64,000 nucleotides of DNA from Candidatus Vogelbacteria bacterium RIFOXYD1_FULL_44_32 (GTDB lineage Bacteria; Patescibacteriota; Minisyncoccia; Phycocordibacterales; XYD1-FULL-46-19): NCBI GenBank assembly GCA_001823065.1, contig MHTJ01000004.1, positions 37,839 through 101,838 of the forward strand, written 5' to 3'. Below the pieces are notes generated by a model. The model did no database searches, was not told where the DNA came from, and saw only the letters and a program-made list of their open reading frames with translations. Every line of letters starts with the position of its first letter. Position 1 is the stretch's first letter. Both the position numbers and the translations under genes were made by a program. Positions 1 to 8,811 of the stretch are shown piece by piece.

Positions 1-783
1 GTAAAAAAACCGCTTAATATTGCGGTGGTTGGAAAATATTTTGATTCGGGTGATTTCGTTTTGTCCGATGTCTATATTTCGGTGTTGGAAGCGCTAAAAT
101 TGTCGGCCTATCACAACGGGATAAAGCCGGTTCTAACTTATATCAATTCTAAAAATATTGAAACGGGAAAAATGAAGGTGGCCGAGCTTGCCAAATACGA
201 CGGCATTTTGGTCCCGGGCGGTTTTGGGACGGCTGGTATCGAGGGGATTATTAAAGCCATTCAATATGCCCGCGAAAAAAAGATACCTTATTTTGGTTTG
301 TGCTACGGTATGCAGTTGGCAGTGATTGAATATGCGCGACATATGGCGGGTATTACCGGTGCTACTTCGCGCGAAATCAATCCTGAAGCTAAAGAATTAG
401 TGATAGATATTATGGAGGAGCAGAAAAAATTGTTGGAGAATAAAAACTATGGGGGCACGATGCGCCTCGGGGCCTATCCAGCATATTTGAAAAAGGGGAC
501 GATTGCCCGTGGTGCCTACAAAGCCGAGATGGTGTCCGAGCGCCATCGCCATCGCTATGAGGTCAACAATGCCTATGTGGAAAAATTGGAAAAGGCTGGC
601 TTGGTTTTTTCTGGTACCTCGCCGAGCGGCAAACTAATGGAGATTGCCGAACTACCAAAATCAAAACACCCATTTTTTCTTGGTACCCAATTTCATCCCG
701 AATTTACCGCTCGACCTTTTGCTCCTCACCCCTTGTTTACCGAATTTGTGAAGGCGGCTAAGGCGAGAAGTGGGAAGAAATAA
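1..783 (+). CDS. pyrG: CTP synthase, C-terminal glutamine amidotransferase domain (5'-partial)
   Basis: Frame open from base 1 (VKKPLNIAVVGKY); motifs LVPGGFG, GLCYGMQ, ERHRHRYE, QFHPEF. Confidence 0.97.
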   Translation, partial: VKKPLNIAVVGKYFDSGDFVLSDVYISVLEALKLSAYHNGIKPVLTYINSKNIETGKMKVAELAKYDGILVPGGFGTAGIEGIIKAIQYAREKKIPYFGLCYGMQLAVIEYARHMAGITGATSREINPEAKELVIDIMEEQKKLLENKNYGGTMRLGAYPAYLKKGTIARGAYKAEMVSERHRHRYEVNNAYVEKLEKAGLVFSGTSPSGKLMEIAELPKSKHPFFLGTQFHPEFTARPFAPHPLFTEFVKAAKARSGKK

Positions 784-791
784 TTCAGACA

Positions 792-826
792 ATAAATCAG
801 GCCGCGCTCCGCGCGGCCTGATTTAT
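792..826. terminator. Perfect 16-bp hairpin after pyrG
   Basis: ataaatcaggccgcgc-TCC-gcgcggcctgatttat. Confidence 0.65.
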
Positions 827-876
827 CCTAGTCAAATCATCATTTTTTTGTTAAAACTATAGGGTATTTACGATTT

Positions 877-947
877 TGCCAGATCGTCTAATGGTAGGAC
901 TTCGCCCTCTGAAGGCGAGTATCTTGGTTCGAATCCAAGTCTGGCAG
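877..947 (+). tRNA. tRNA-Gln(CTG), CCA not encoded
   Basis: Acceptor TGCCAGA/TCTGGCA, anticodon arm TCGCC-CT-CTG-AA-GGCGA, T-arm CTTGG-TTCGAAT-CCAAG. Confidence 0.95.
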
Positions 948-1122
948 CTAGGAGTTTTTGGTAAAAAACGACGAGACAGCTAGACTTGGATTTGAACGGG
1001 AAAGGGGTCGGGGAAACGGGAGTTTCCCCGTGGTGGAGGCAGCGAAGCGTTGGAACCGCAAGGTGCCAAAGCGCAGTCCGCTTTCGGGCGGACGAGCAGG
1101 GGAGGTTCCAAGTCCCGCAGCT
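948..1122 (+). repeat. tRNA-linked structured element with antisense and degenerate direct copies of the tRNA 3' end
   Basis: 982-997 is a 15/16 reverse complement of 927-942; 1107-1122 is a 14/16 direct copy of 934-949; hairpins lie between. Confidence 0.7.
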
Positions 1123-1243
1123 TTGCACCGAAAAATCAGAAATAGGGCCTTCTCAGGGGCAGTGGTAACAGTTGGAAAGTTCGGGATTATTTGACGAAAA
1201 GAAGCTTTAAACAAAAATCAGAAGTAGTGCTAAACTATAGCCA

Positions 1244-1672
1244 ATGACCGAAGTCACTAAAAACCCGCGAGTGGGTGTGGGAGTATTTGTCTTTAAGAGT
1301 GGTAAGTTTTTAATGGGCAAGAGGTTGGGCTCGCATGGGGAGGGGAGCTGGTCAGTGCCGGGTGGGCATTTGGAATTTAGTGAATCTTTTGCCGACACAG
1401 CCAAACGAGAAGTGCTAGAAGAGACGGGCCTGAAAATAAAAAATATTAGATTTGGAGCCGTAACAAATGATTATTTTAAAGATGAAAATAAACATTATGT
1501 GACAGTGTGGATGGTCTCTGATTATGAAAGTGGCGAAGCCACTATATTAGAGCCAGACAAGTATGTAGAACAAGATTGGTTTGATTTTAATAATCTACCG
1601 GCACCTCTTTTTCTGCCATGGGAACAACTGCTAAAGTCGGAGTTTATAAATAATATAAGAAAGCAAAACTGA
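1244..1672 (+). CDS. Nudix hydrolase (MutT/NUDT15-like)
   Basis: Nudix box GGHLEFSESFADTAKREVLEETGL. Confidence 0.92.
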   Translation: MTEVTKNPRVGVGVFVFKSGKFLMGKRLGSHGEGSWSVPGGHLEFSESFADTAKREVLEETGLKIKNIRFGAVTNDYFKDENKHYVTVWMVSDYESGEATILEPDKYVEQDWFDFNNLPAPLFLPWEQLLKSEFINNIRKQN

Positions 1673-1734
1673 AATATATTACCTAGAAGTTTGTATTATG
1701 TATATTGAAGAATAATATAAATTCAATATATTTT

Positions 1735-2247
1735 ATGAAACCATATATTCCAGCGGTATTTATTTTAGGTTTAGTTTTGGTTTCCATTGGTGGTTTTGGT
1801 TATTATCAAAGTGTTAATTTGGCCACTAGTGACAATGGTGCCGAGGTGGTGGTAGCCGATAAGGGTGGCGATCAAACTCCTACCCCAGTGGTGGCAAAGC
1901 CCACTCCGGCACCAAAACCAGTATCCACTCCAGCGCCGACCCCAAAACTTGTGCCTACACCGGTCCCAACTCCAACCCCCGTGGTTCCTGCTCCTATTCC
2001 TACCCCAACTCCTACCCCGTCTGGCTACACTTTAGCTGATGTTTCTATTCACGGTGGTCGTGGCTCTTGCTGGACAGCAATAAATGGTCAGGTTTATGAT
2101 ATTACTAGTTATATCAATCAGCACCCGGGTGGCTCGGCTATTTTGCGGGGGTGTGGGGTCGATGGTACCCATCTCTTTAATGGGGTCGGGGCGCATCGTG
2201 GAACAATTGGTCAGCTTTCTTCATATATTATCGGTAATTTGATTTGA
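1735..2247 (+). CDS. Membrane-anchored cytochrome b5-like heme/steroid-binding protein with Pro/Thr linker
   Basis: N-terminal hydrophobic helix, PT/PA linker, b5 motif CWTAINGQVYDITSYINQHPGG...H; ATG 1735 preferred over TTG 1705. Confidence 0.85.
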   Translation: MKPYIPAVFILGLVLVSIGGFGYYQSVNLATSDNGAEVVVADKGGDQTPTPVVAKPTPAPKPVSTPAPTPKLVPTPVPTPTPVVPAPIPTPTPTPSGYTLADVSIHGGRGSCWTAINGQVYDITSYINQHPGGSAILRGCGVDGTHLFNGVGAHRGTIGQLSSYIIGNLI

Positions 2248-3539
2248 TGAATAAGACGGTTTTGTATTTAGTGTTAGTTGTAAATTTTATTGTGACTGGT
2301 TTTTTCTGGTGGGCGGGTTCTAGTGAATTGTTTGGTTTGGGTGGCGAGGGGGCACTTAAAGCCTTCGGTCGACTATTTGGTTTAATTGGTCAACTGCTAA
2401 TTTTGTTAGAGTTGGCTTTGGTCAGCCGTGTTCCCTTTATTGAAAAAGCAATCAGTCTCGATCGACGGGTCCAGCTCCACCGCTTTGTGGGTTATGGTAT
2501 TTTGTCGGCCTTTCTGATGCATCCACTTTTACTATCTTTTGGTTATGATGGTGGGGCGGGGGCGACGAACCAGTTTGTGAGTTTTATTTTAAATTGGGAA
2601 GATATTTTTAATGCCTTGGTGGCATTGGTAATTTTTATTTTTGTCATCATTATTTCCATCCCAGTGGTCCGGCGGAAGTTGCGCTACGACACTTGGTATT
2701 TTATGCATCTTCTGATGTATGTTGCTTTGTTTTTGTCATTTGGTCACCAAACTAAATCAGGCGACTTGGTGGCTGGTCCAGCTTTGTATTATTGGCTTGG
2801 TTTAAACTTCGCTGTTATTGGTTTGTTTTTAGCTTACCGGCTATTGCATCCAATTTATCTTTATTATCAACATCGTTTTGTGGTCGATGAAGTGGTGGCC
2901 GAGGGGCCAAATATTTGTTCGGTTTATATTAAAGGGCAAAATTTAGCCAGTTTTAAATATGAAGCAGGGCAATTTGCCAGCCTTATTTTTCTAGCGCGCG
3001 GACTGTGGTATCACCACCCGTTTTCTTTTTCTTTGCCCCCAGGCGGGGACCGTCTCCGTTTTACCATGAAGGCGCTGGGTGATTTTACAGTTCAAGCCGA
3101 TAAACTAAAACCGGGGACTAAAGTGTTGATTGATGGTCCGTTTGGCCACTTCACCACTATTTTTGGCTATAATACTAAATATTTACTAGTGGCTGGGGGG
3201 ATTGGGATTACCCCGATTCGTTCGCTCTTAGAAAAATTAAGGAAACAAAATAAAGATGTAAAATTTATTTACGGTGCTAAAACCGAGGCGGAGTTGGCAT
3301 TAAAATCAGAAATAGATCAGTTGGGGGCCAGTGGTGAATATGTTTTGTCGCAAGAAAAGAAAACTGGTTTTGGCGAGGGGATTATTGATTTACCTAAAAT
3401 TAAAAATTTAGCCCCCGATTTTCTGGAGCGAGATATTTATATTTGTGGGCCACACCTGATGACCAAAAACTTGCGTCAGAGTTTGGCCCTAGCTGGTGTG
3501 CCTAAAAATCAGATTCACTTTGAGGAGTTTAGTTTTTAG
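2244..3539 (+). CDS. Ferric reductase-like transmembrane protein with FAD- and NAD-binding domains
   Basis: TM His pairs (LHRFVGY..LMHP; MHLLMY..FGH), HPFSF, DGPFG, AGGIGITP, ICGP, C-terminal EEFSF. Confidence 0.9.
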   Translation: MMNKTVLYLVLVVNFIVTGFFWWAGSSELFGLGGEGALKAFGRLFGLIGQLLILLELALVSRVPFIEKAISLDRRVQLHRFVGYGILSAFLMHPLLLSFGYDGGAGATNQFVSFILNWEDIFNALVALVIFIFVIIISIPVVRRKLRYDTWYFMHLLMYVALFLSFGHQTKSGDLVAGPALYYWLGLNFAVIGLFLAYRLLHPIYLYYQHRFVVDEVVAEGPNICSVYIKGQNLASFKYEAGQFASLIFLARGLWYHHPFSFSLPPGGDRLRFTMKALGDFTVQADKLKPGTKVLIDGPFGHFTTIFGYNTKYLLVAGGIGITPIRSLLEKLRKQNKDVKFIYGAKTEAELALKSEIDQLGASGEYVLSQEKKTGFGEGIIDLPKIKNLAPDFLERDIYICGPHLMTKNLRQSLALAGVPKNQIHFEEFSF

Positions 3540-3604
3540 GTGGCTCTAAATATAGTTGAAGTTGCTATTTTGACGATGGTCTTTAGGTGTGTTATACTTG
3601 GCAG

Positions 3605-5113
3605 ATGACCGAAATTCCCATCAAAATCTTAAAAGAACGTTTGGTGGAGATTTCTCACCTTACTTCTATTCTCAATCTCCTCGAGTGGGATCAAGAAGTA
3701 AATATGCCCCGCAAAGCCGGTGACGCGCGCGCCGAGGCCTTTGCTCACCTGGCGGGGATTATTCACAGTAAAATCCTTGCTTTAAACGAGGGGGGACATT
3801 TGGTCCAGCTTAAAAAATTATTTGATAGCGGAAAAATTAGTGGTGGTAATGGGGTAATTGTGAACGAAACTTGGCGGACCTATGACCGTGAAAAAAAGTT
3901 GCCGGCCAGTTTTGTGCAGGAACTAGCGACAACTATTTCCAAAGCCCAAGGGGTATGGGCTGAAGCCCGTACCAAAAATGATTTTGCAATTTTTCTACCT
4001 CATCTTGAAAAAATAGTGAAACTGAAAAAACAAGAAGCCGAGCTGGTGGGCTATACCGCTTCACCTTATGATGCCCTGCTCGATGCCTACGAGCCAGGGA
4101 TAGACACCGCGACGTTTTCAGCAATATTGTTGGACCTTAAAGAGTTTCTGGTACCATTTTTGAAGCGGATTAAAGAGTCGACGGTAAAAATAAAACCCGA
4201 GCGGGTGAAAGGGCGGTTTAAACTGCATCAGCAAATTATATTTAATGAATTAGTGTTAAATCAAATTGGTTTTGATTTAGAAGCGGGCCGGCTCGATGCC
4301 AGTGTACACCCCTTTTCGAGTGGTTTTCATCCGTATGACGTGCGCCTCACCACTCGGTATAAAGAAAATGATGTTTTGTATTCTTTGGGCTCGACTATTC
4401 ATGAAGCGGGGCACGGTTTGTATGAGCAGGGCTTGCCGGTGGAACACTTTGGCACACCGCTGGCCGAGACAGTGTCGCTTGGTATTCACGAATCGCAGTC
4501 ACGCTTGTGGGAAAATCAGATTGGTAAGAGTCGGCCGTTTTGGAAATTTTTTTATCCGAAATTACAACAGGCTTTCTCTAAACCGTTTCAGAATATTTTA
4601 CCAGCTGAATTTTATCAGATTATCAATCGGGTTCAGCCGTCACTTATTCGCACCGAGGCCGACGAGGTGACTTATAATCTGCATATTATTTTACGGTTTG
4701 AAATTGAAAAAGATTTAATTGAAGGCAAGATCAAAGCCAAAGATTTGCCGGCGCTTTGGCGAGCTAAAATGAAAGAATATTTAGATATTGAGGTCCCGTC
4801 CGATACTTTAGGTGTTTTACAAGATGTGCACTGGTCAGCTGGGTTGTTTGGCTACTTTCCGACCTATAGTTTTGGCAATTTATACGCGGCGCAGTTTTAT
4901 GCCAAAATGGAGAAAGACATTCCTAACTTAGACCGTAAAATCGCCATCGGCGATTTTACGGTGGTCATCGAGTGGCTCCGGCGCCATATTCACCTGACCG
5001 GCAAAACTGACACCGCTAGTGACTTGGTCAAAAAAGTGACCGGCGAGGCCCTTGATCCCAAATATTTCAACCAATATTTAGAAGAAAAATATAGTGAGAT
5101 TTATAATCTTTAA
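3605..5113 (+). CDS. Carboxypeptidase, M32 family (Taq-like)
   Basis: HPF, HEAGH, GIHESQS, IRTEADE, QDVHW, GYFPTY motifs. Confidence 0.95.
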   Translation: MTEIPIKILKERLVEISHLTSILNLLEWDQEVNMPRKAGDARAEAFAHLAGIIHSKILALNEGGHLVQLKKLFDSGKISGGNGVIVNETWRTYDREKKLPASFVQELATTISKAQGVWAEARTKNDFAIFLPHLEKIVKLKKQEAELVGYTASPYDALLDAYEPGIDTATFSAILLDLKEFLVPFLKRIKESTVKIKPERVKGRFKLHQQIIFNELVLNQIGFDLEAGRLDASVHPFSSGFHPYDVRLTTRYKENDVLYSLGSTIHEAGHGLYEQGLPVEHFGTPLAETVSLGIHESQSRLWENQIGKSRPFWKFFYPKLQQAFSKPFQNILPAEFYQIINRVQPSLIRTEADEVTYNLHIILRFEIEKDLIEGKIKAKDLPALWRAKMKEYLDIEVPSDTLGVLQDVHWSAGLFGYFPTYSFGNLYAAQFYAKMEKDIPNLDRKIAIGDFTVVIEWLRRHIHLTGKTDTASDLVKKVTGEALDPKYFNQYLEEKYSEIYNL

Positions 5114-5137
5114 CTAATTATTAATTTACCGCATCTT

Positions 5138-6385
5138 ATGGCTGAAGTGAAAATATACGACCTGATTGTGATCGGCGGTGGGGCGTCGGGGATGATGGCG
5201 GCTGGCCGAGCGGCCGAGCGCGGTAAAAGTGTTTTGTTGCTGGAAAAAAATAAAAAATTAGGCGAAAAACTAAAGATTACCGGTGGTGGGCGGTGTAATA
5301 TTACCAATGCCGAAGAAGACGAACATATTTTACTAAAAAAGTATGGTTTGGCCGAACCATTTTTATATTCGACTTTTGCTCAGTTTGGAGTAAGCGACAC
5401 TTTCAAATTTTTCGAGCGACATGGCTTACCGCTGGTGGTACAAGCTGGTCAGCGGGTTTTTCCCCAGACAGAAAAAGCGGACGATGTTTTTAAAGTACTC
5501 GAAAAATATCTCACCACCGGTAAGGTAGTGGTCAAAGTTGGCCAGCCGGTGACGGCTATAACCAAAGAGGGGAATAAAATAAAAAATGTCGTGGTTGGGC
5601 AAACAGAATATTCAGCTTTGCATTATATTTTGGCCACTGGTGGTGTCTCGCATCCGGCCACCGGCTCGACTGGTGATGGTTTCACTTGGCTAGCCAAGCT
5701 GGGACATACTGTCATCCCACCGTCACCGACCATTGTGCCGCTTTCGGTTTCAGACCAGTGGGTGAAAAGTTCGGCGGGCGTAACTTTAGTGGATATGAAA
5801 ATTACTTTTTATGTGGACGGCGTTAAAAAATTTAACAAGCGAGGGTCACTTTTATTTACTCATTTTGGTTTGTCTGGTCCGCTAATTTTAAATAGTGCTA
5901 AAAAAGTGAGCGATCTTTTGCATGAGGGGGTAGTGACGGCCACGATTGATCTTTTTCCCACTCTTGATTTGGGTGAACTAGAGAAAAAAGTGGTAGCAAT
6001 TTTTGATAATAATAAAAATAAAAGTTTTAAAAATGTGTTGAAAGATATTTTGCCAGCTGGTTTAGCCTCTAGTTTACTGGGTGCAAAAATTTTAGCCATT
6101 GAGGCCGACAAAAAAATGCACAGTGTGACCAAAGAGGAAAGGAAAGCACTGGTTCGTCAATTAAAATTTTTACCGTTAACTATCACGGGGCTAATGGGTT
6201 TGGATCGAGCGGTGGTGGCCGATGGCGGGGTGTCACTGGCGGAAATTGATATGCGCACGATGCAGTCTAAAATTATTAACAACTTGTCGCTGACTGGTGA
6301 CTTGTTGCACATTACCCGCCCATCTGGTGGCTATTCGCTCCAGCTTTGCTGGACCACCGGCTATGTGGCGGGGAGTAATAACTAG
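5138..6385 (+). CDS. HI0933/BaiN-like flavoprotein oxidoreductase
   Basis: GGGASG, KITGGGRCNITN, TGSTGDG, FTHFGLSGP, GGYSLQ. Confidence 0.92.
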   Translation: MAEVKIYDLIVIGGGASGMMAAGRAAERGKSVLLLEKNKKLGEKLKITGGGRCNITNAEEDEHILLKKYGLAEPFLYSTFAQFGVSDTFKFFERHGLPLVVQAGQRVFPQTEKADDVFKVLEKYLTTGKVVVKVGQPVTAITKEGNKIKNVVVGQTEYSALHYILATGGVSHPATGSTGDGFTWLAKLGHTVIPPSPTIVPLSVSDQWVKSSAGVTLVDMKITFYVDGVKKFNKRGSLLFTHFGLSGPLILNSAKKVSDLLHEGVVTATIDLFPTLDLGELEKKVVAIFDNNKNKSFKNVLKDILPAGLASSLLGAKILAIEADKKMHSVTKEERKALVRQLKFLPLTITGLMGLDRAVVADGGVSLAEIDMRTMQSKIINNLSLTGDLLHITRPSGGYSLQLCWTTGYVAGSNN

Positions 6386-6426
6386 TTTTGTAGCTTTACT
6401 AGTTAAATTGATCTAAAATTATAACT

Positions 6427-6783
6427 ATGGAAAAAATACCAACAAATGAAATGAATAATGGGGAGGGAGGAATAGAAAAAGTAGAAACTAAAGTTGAAAA
6501 AGCCGATTTAATTAAAGCCTTAGCGGAGAAAGGATTGTCTGACCCAGAGACCCAGGAAATGCTTACCCGCTGGACCGAGGAGCAAGAAAAATATGTCGAG
6601 AGCCAACCTCGACCAGATGCAGAAATTAAATTTAATATTGATCGGGCTGATTTGTATATAGCTCTAAATGATGTAACAGGGGCGCTTGAATGTTTGGAAG
6701 ATGCTCGTGTACAAGCGTCTCAAGAAAGTCGAGATGACTTATACAATCAAATCTGTGACAAGATGGATGAAATAGAAAAGTAA
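6427..6783 (+). CDS. Hypothetical acidic helical protein
   Basis: 118-aa ORF filling the gap, TAAAAT 7 nt upstream; no motif recognised. Confidence 0.7.
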   Translation: MEKIPTNEMNNGEGGIEKVETKVEKADLIKALAEKGLSDPETQEMLTRWTEEQEKYVESQPRPDAEIKFNIDRADLYIALNDVTGALECLEDARVQASQESRDDLYNQICDKMDEIEK

Positions 6784-6847
6784 AAAATAAAATATTTCGG
6801 ACCAGAGAGTATTTTTAAAAGTAAAAACCGTGTTATAATAGCGCCTC

Positions 6848-8305
6848 ATGGTAAACGACGGCTCCATTGTGCGTTTCGAAGGCGTGTTTTTTGAACACGG
6901 CCCCAACAAACCCATTCTCAAAGATGTGGGTTTTTCGGTTCGGCGGGGGGCCAAAGTTACCCTTATGGGTCAAAACGGGGCTGGTAAAAGCACTATCTTT
7001 GGTCTAATCACGGGGGCACTAACACCCGATAGTGGTGAGATAAATATCGCGACTCGTCTGACTATTGCCACGGCTCGCCAAGTTTTTCCGCGTGCGGAGC
7101 TAGACCTCACCTTGCGCGAGTTTTTTCAAAAACAATTTAAGGAAAAAATATATGATATAGACCCACGGATTGAGGCCGTACTAGAAGCGGTCAACCTCGA
7201 GGCTGACCACGACCGCCTAGTACGGTCCTTTTCTGGTGGCCAGCAAGCGCGACTTCTGCTCGCCTCGGCCCTTATCCAAGATCCCGACCTTTTGCTTTTA
7301 GATGAGCCGACAAATAATCTCGACCGAGCGGGGATCGAGCATCTCACCAATTTTTTGGTGAACTATAAAAAATCTTGCATTGTTATTTCCCATGATGCCG
7401 ACTTTTTAAATTCATTTACTCACGGCGTGCTTTATCTCGATGTTTATACCCATCAGATTGAGCAATATGTGGGTGACTATTTCGATGTGATGAAAGAAAT
7501 CAGTGTCCGGATTGAGAAAGAAAATATGAAGAACGCCCAACTAGCGAAGGAGGTGCAGGCCAACAAAGACAAAGCCAACTTTTTTGCCCAAAAGGGTGGC
7601 CGGATGCGCGTGGTGGCGAAAAAAATGCGAACTAAAGCCGAGGAGCTTGAAGAAGCCAAAGTTGATGTGCGCAAAGAAGACCGCACTATTCGGCCGTTTA
7701 CTATTCCCGCTCAACCTCCAGAGGAGCTGGCCGGTGAGGTCCTGGGTTTGACGGCTTATACTATTGTTAAAAAAAGTAAAACGGTTGATAAAAAAACTAA
7801 AATTTCTTTGCGCAAAAATCAGCATCTACTTTTGGCGGGGCCTAATGGGATTGGCAAAAGTACTCTGCTCGAGAAAATTGCGACTGGTACGGCTTATGGG
7901 GCGACGATTGCGCCCCAAGTAAAAGTGGGTTACTACCGTCAAGATTTTTCGACACTCAATTTTGAGGATACAGTTTTTCGGTCACTAATGTCGGCCATGG
8001 TTAAACCCGATGAAGAACATATGCGAGCAGTCGCTGCCGGGTTTCTTATTCGGGGCGAACTAATTGATACTAAAATTGGTCATTTGTCCGAAGGACAAAA
8101 GGGGTTAGTGGCTTTTGCTCGTTTGGTGCTAGAGCGGCCAGGACTTCTTATTTTAGATGAACCGACCAATCATATTAACTTTCGCCACTTGCCGGTGATT
8201 GCCAAGGCTTTAAGCCAATACGAAGGGGCGATGATTTTAGTAAGTCATGTGCCCGAGTTTGTGGCGCAGATAAGGATTGATGAGGTGTTGGATTTGGAAA
8301 AATAG
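6848..8305 (+). CDS. ABC-F family ATPase
   Basis: Two ATPase domains (GQNGAGKS...LDEPTNN; GPNGIGKS...LDEPTNH), no TM segments. Confidence 0.93.
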   Translation: MVNDGSIVRFEGVFFEHGPNKPILKDVGFSVRRGAKVTLMGQNGAGKSTIFGLITGALTPDSGEINIATRLTIATARQVFPRAELDLTLREFFQKQFKEKIYDIDPRIEAVLEAVNLEADHDRLVRSFSGGQQARLLLASALIQDPDLLLLDEPTNNLDRAGIEHLTNFLVNYKKSCIVISHDADFLNSFTHGVLYLDVYTHQIEQYVGDYFDVMKEISVRIEKENMKNAQLAKEVQANKDKANFFAQKGGRMRVVAKKMRTKAEELEEAKVDVRKEDRTIRPFTIPAQPPEELAGEVLGLTAYTIVKKSKTVDKKTKISLRKNQHLLLAGPNGIGKSTLLEKIATGTAYGATIAPQVKVGYYRQDFSTLNFEDTVFRSLMSAMVKPDEEHMRAVAAGFLIRGELIDTKIGHLSEGQKGLVAFARLVLERPGLLILDEPTNHINFRHLPVIAKALSQYEGAMILVSHVPEFVAQIRIDEVLDLEK

Positions 8306-8451
8306 GACGCTCGGAAATGTTTTTCGGCGAGCACACATAATTTTCTGCTGAAAATTTGCTCTGCTCGGGCCGCCCGCCTGCCATGCGAGGCACGAGCGGG
8401 CAGGTCGCCCTTGCGCAAGGCTCGGCGAAAAACATTTCCTCGCTTAGTTGG
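8303..8451 (+). mobile_element. Stop-codon-anchored hairpin element (type 2)
   Basis: TAGGACGCTC-[ggaaatgtttttcg...cgaaaaacatttcc]-TCGCTTAGTTGG; core shared with 17169-17275. Confidence 0.7.
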
Positions 8452-8469
8452 AATAGAAACTTATTTGAC

Positions 8470-8555
8470 TCAAACAGATGAAGTTTCCTGTTCGTCTCAT
8501 TGATTTTTAAACTAGCTCCCACGAAAGCGCCAAAAGGTGAGGGTTCGTTGGGGTG
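8470..8555 (+). repeat. Truncated 3' part of the dnaE-type (type 3) element
   Basis: tcaaacagatgaagtttcctgttcg...cgaaag..ccaaaa...ttcgttggggtg aligns with the minus-strand 3' part of 45479-45744. Confidence 0.6.
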
Positions 8556-8811
8556 ATGGGAAGAAGGGGGGGATTAAATACAGTTAATGAAAAGGCCACC
8601 AACCCCCCAAAAAACGCCCTAGACCGGACGTTTTTTGGAGGCAAAATTACCTTGACAAAACAGCATTTTATGTGCTAGGAATGGGTGGTACTTTTGATCG
8701 TTGAAATAACTCCGACCAGCCTATCGCTGGGCGGAGAACCATATAGATAGAAGAAGGGAAGAAGGAAAGAAACAAAGTTTTCGCCGTGAGGCTAAAACAG
8801 GAGGAAGCGTC

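Noticed and set aside
868-1214. Four short overlapping ORFs
   Set aside because: They overlap tRNA-Gln and its GC-rich downstream element; no protein motifs
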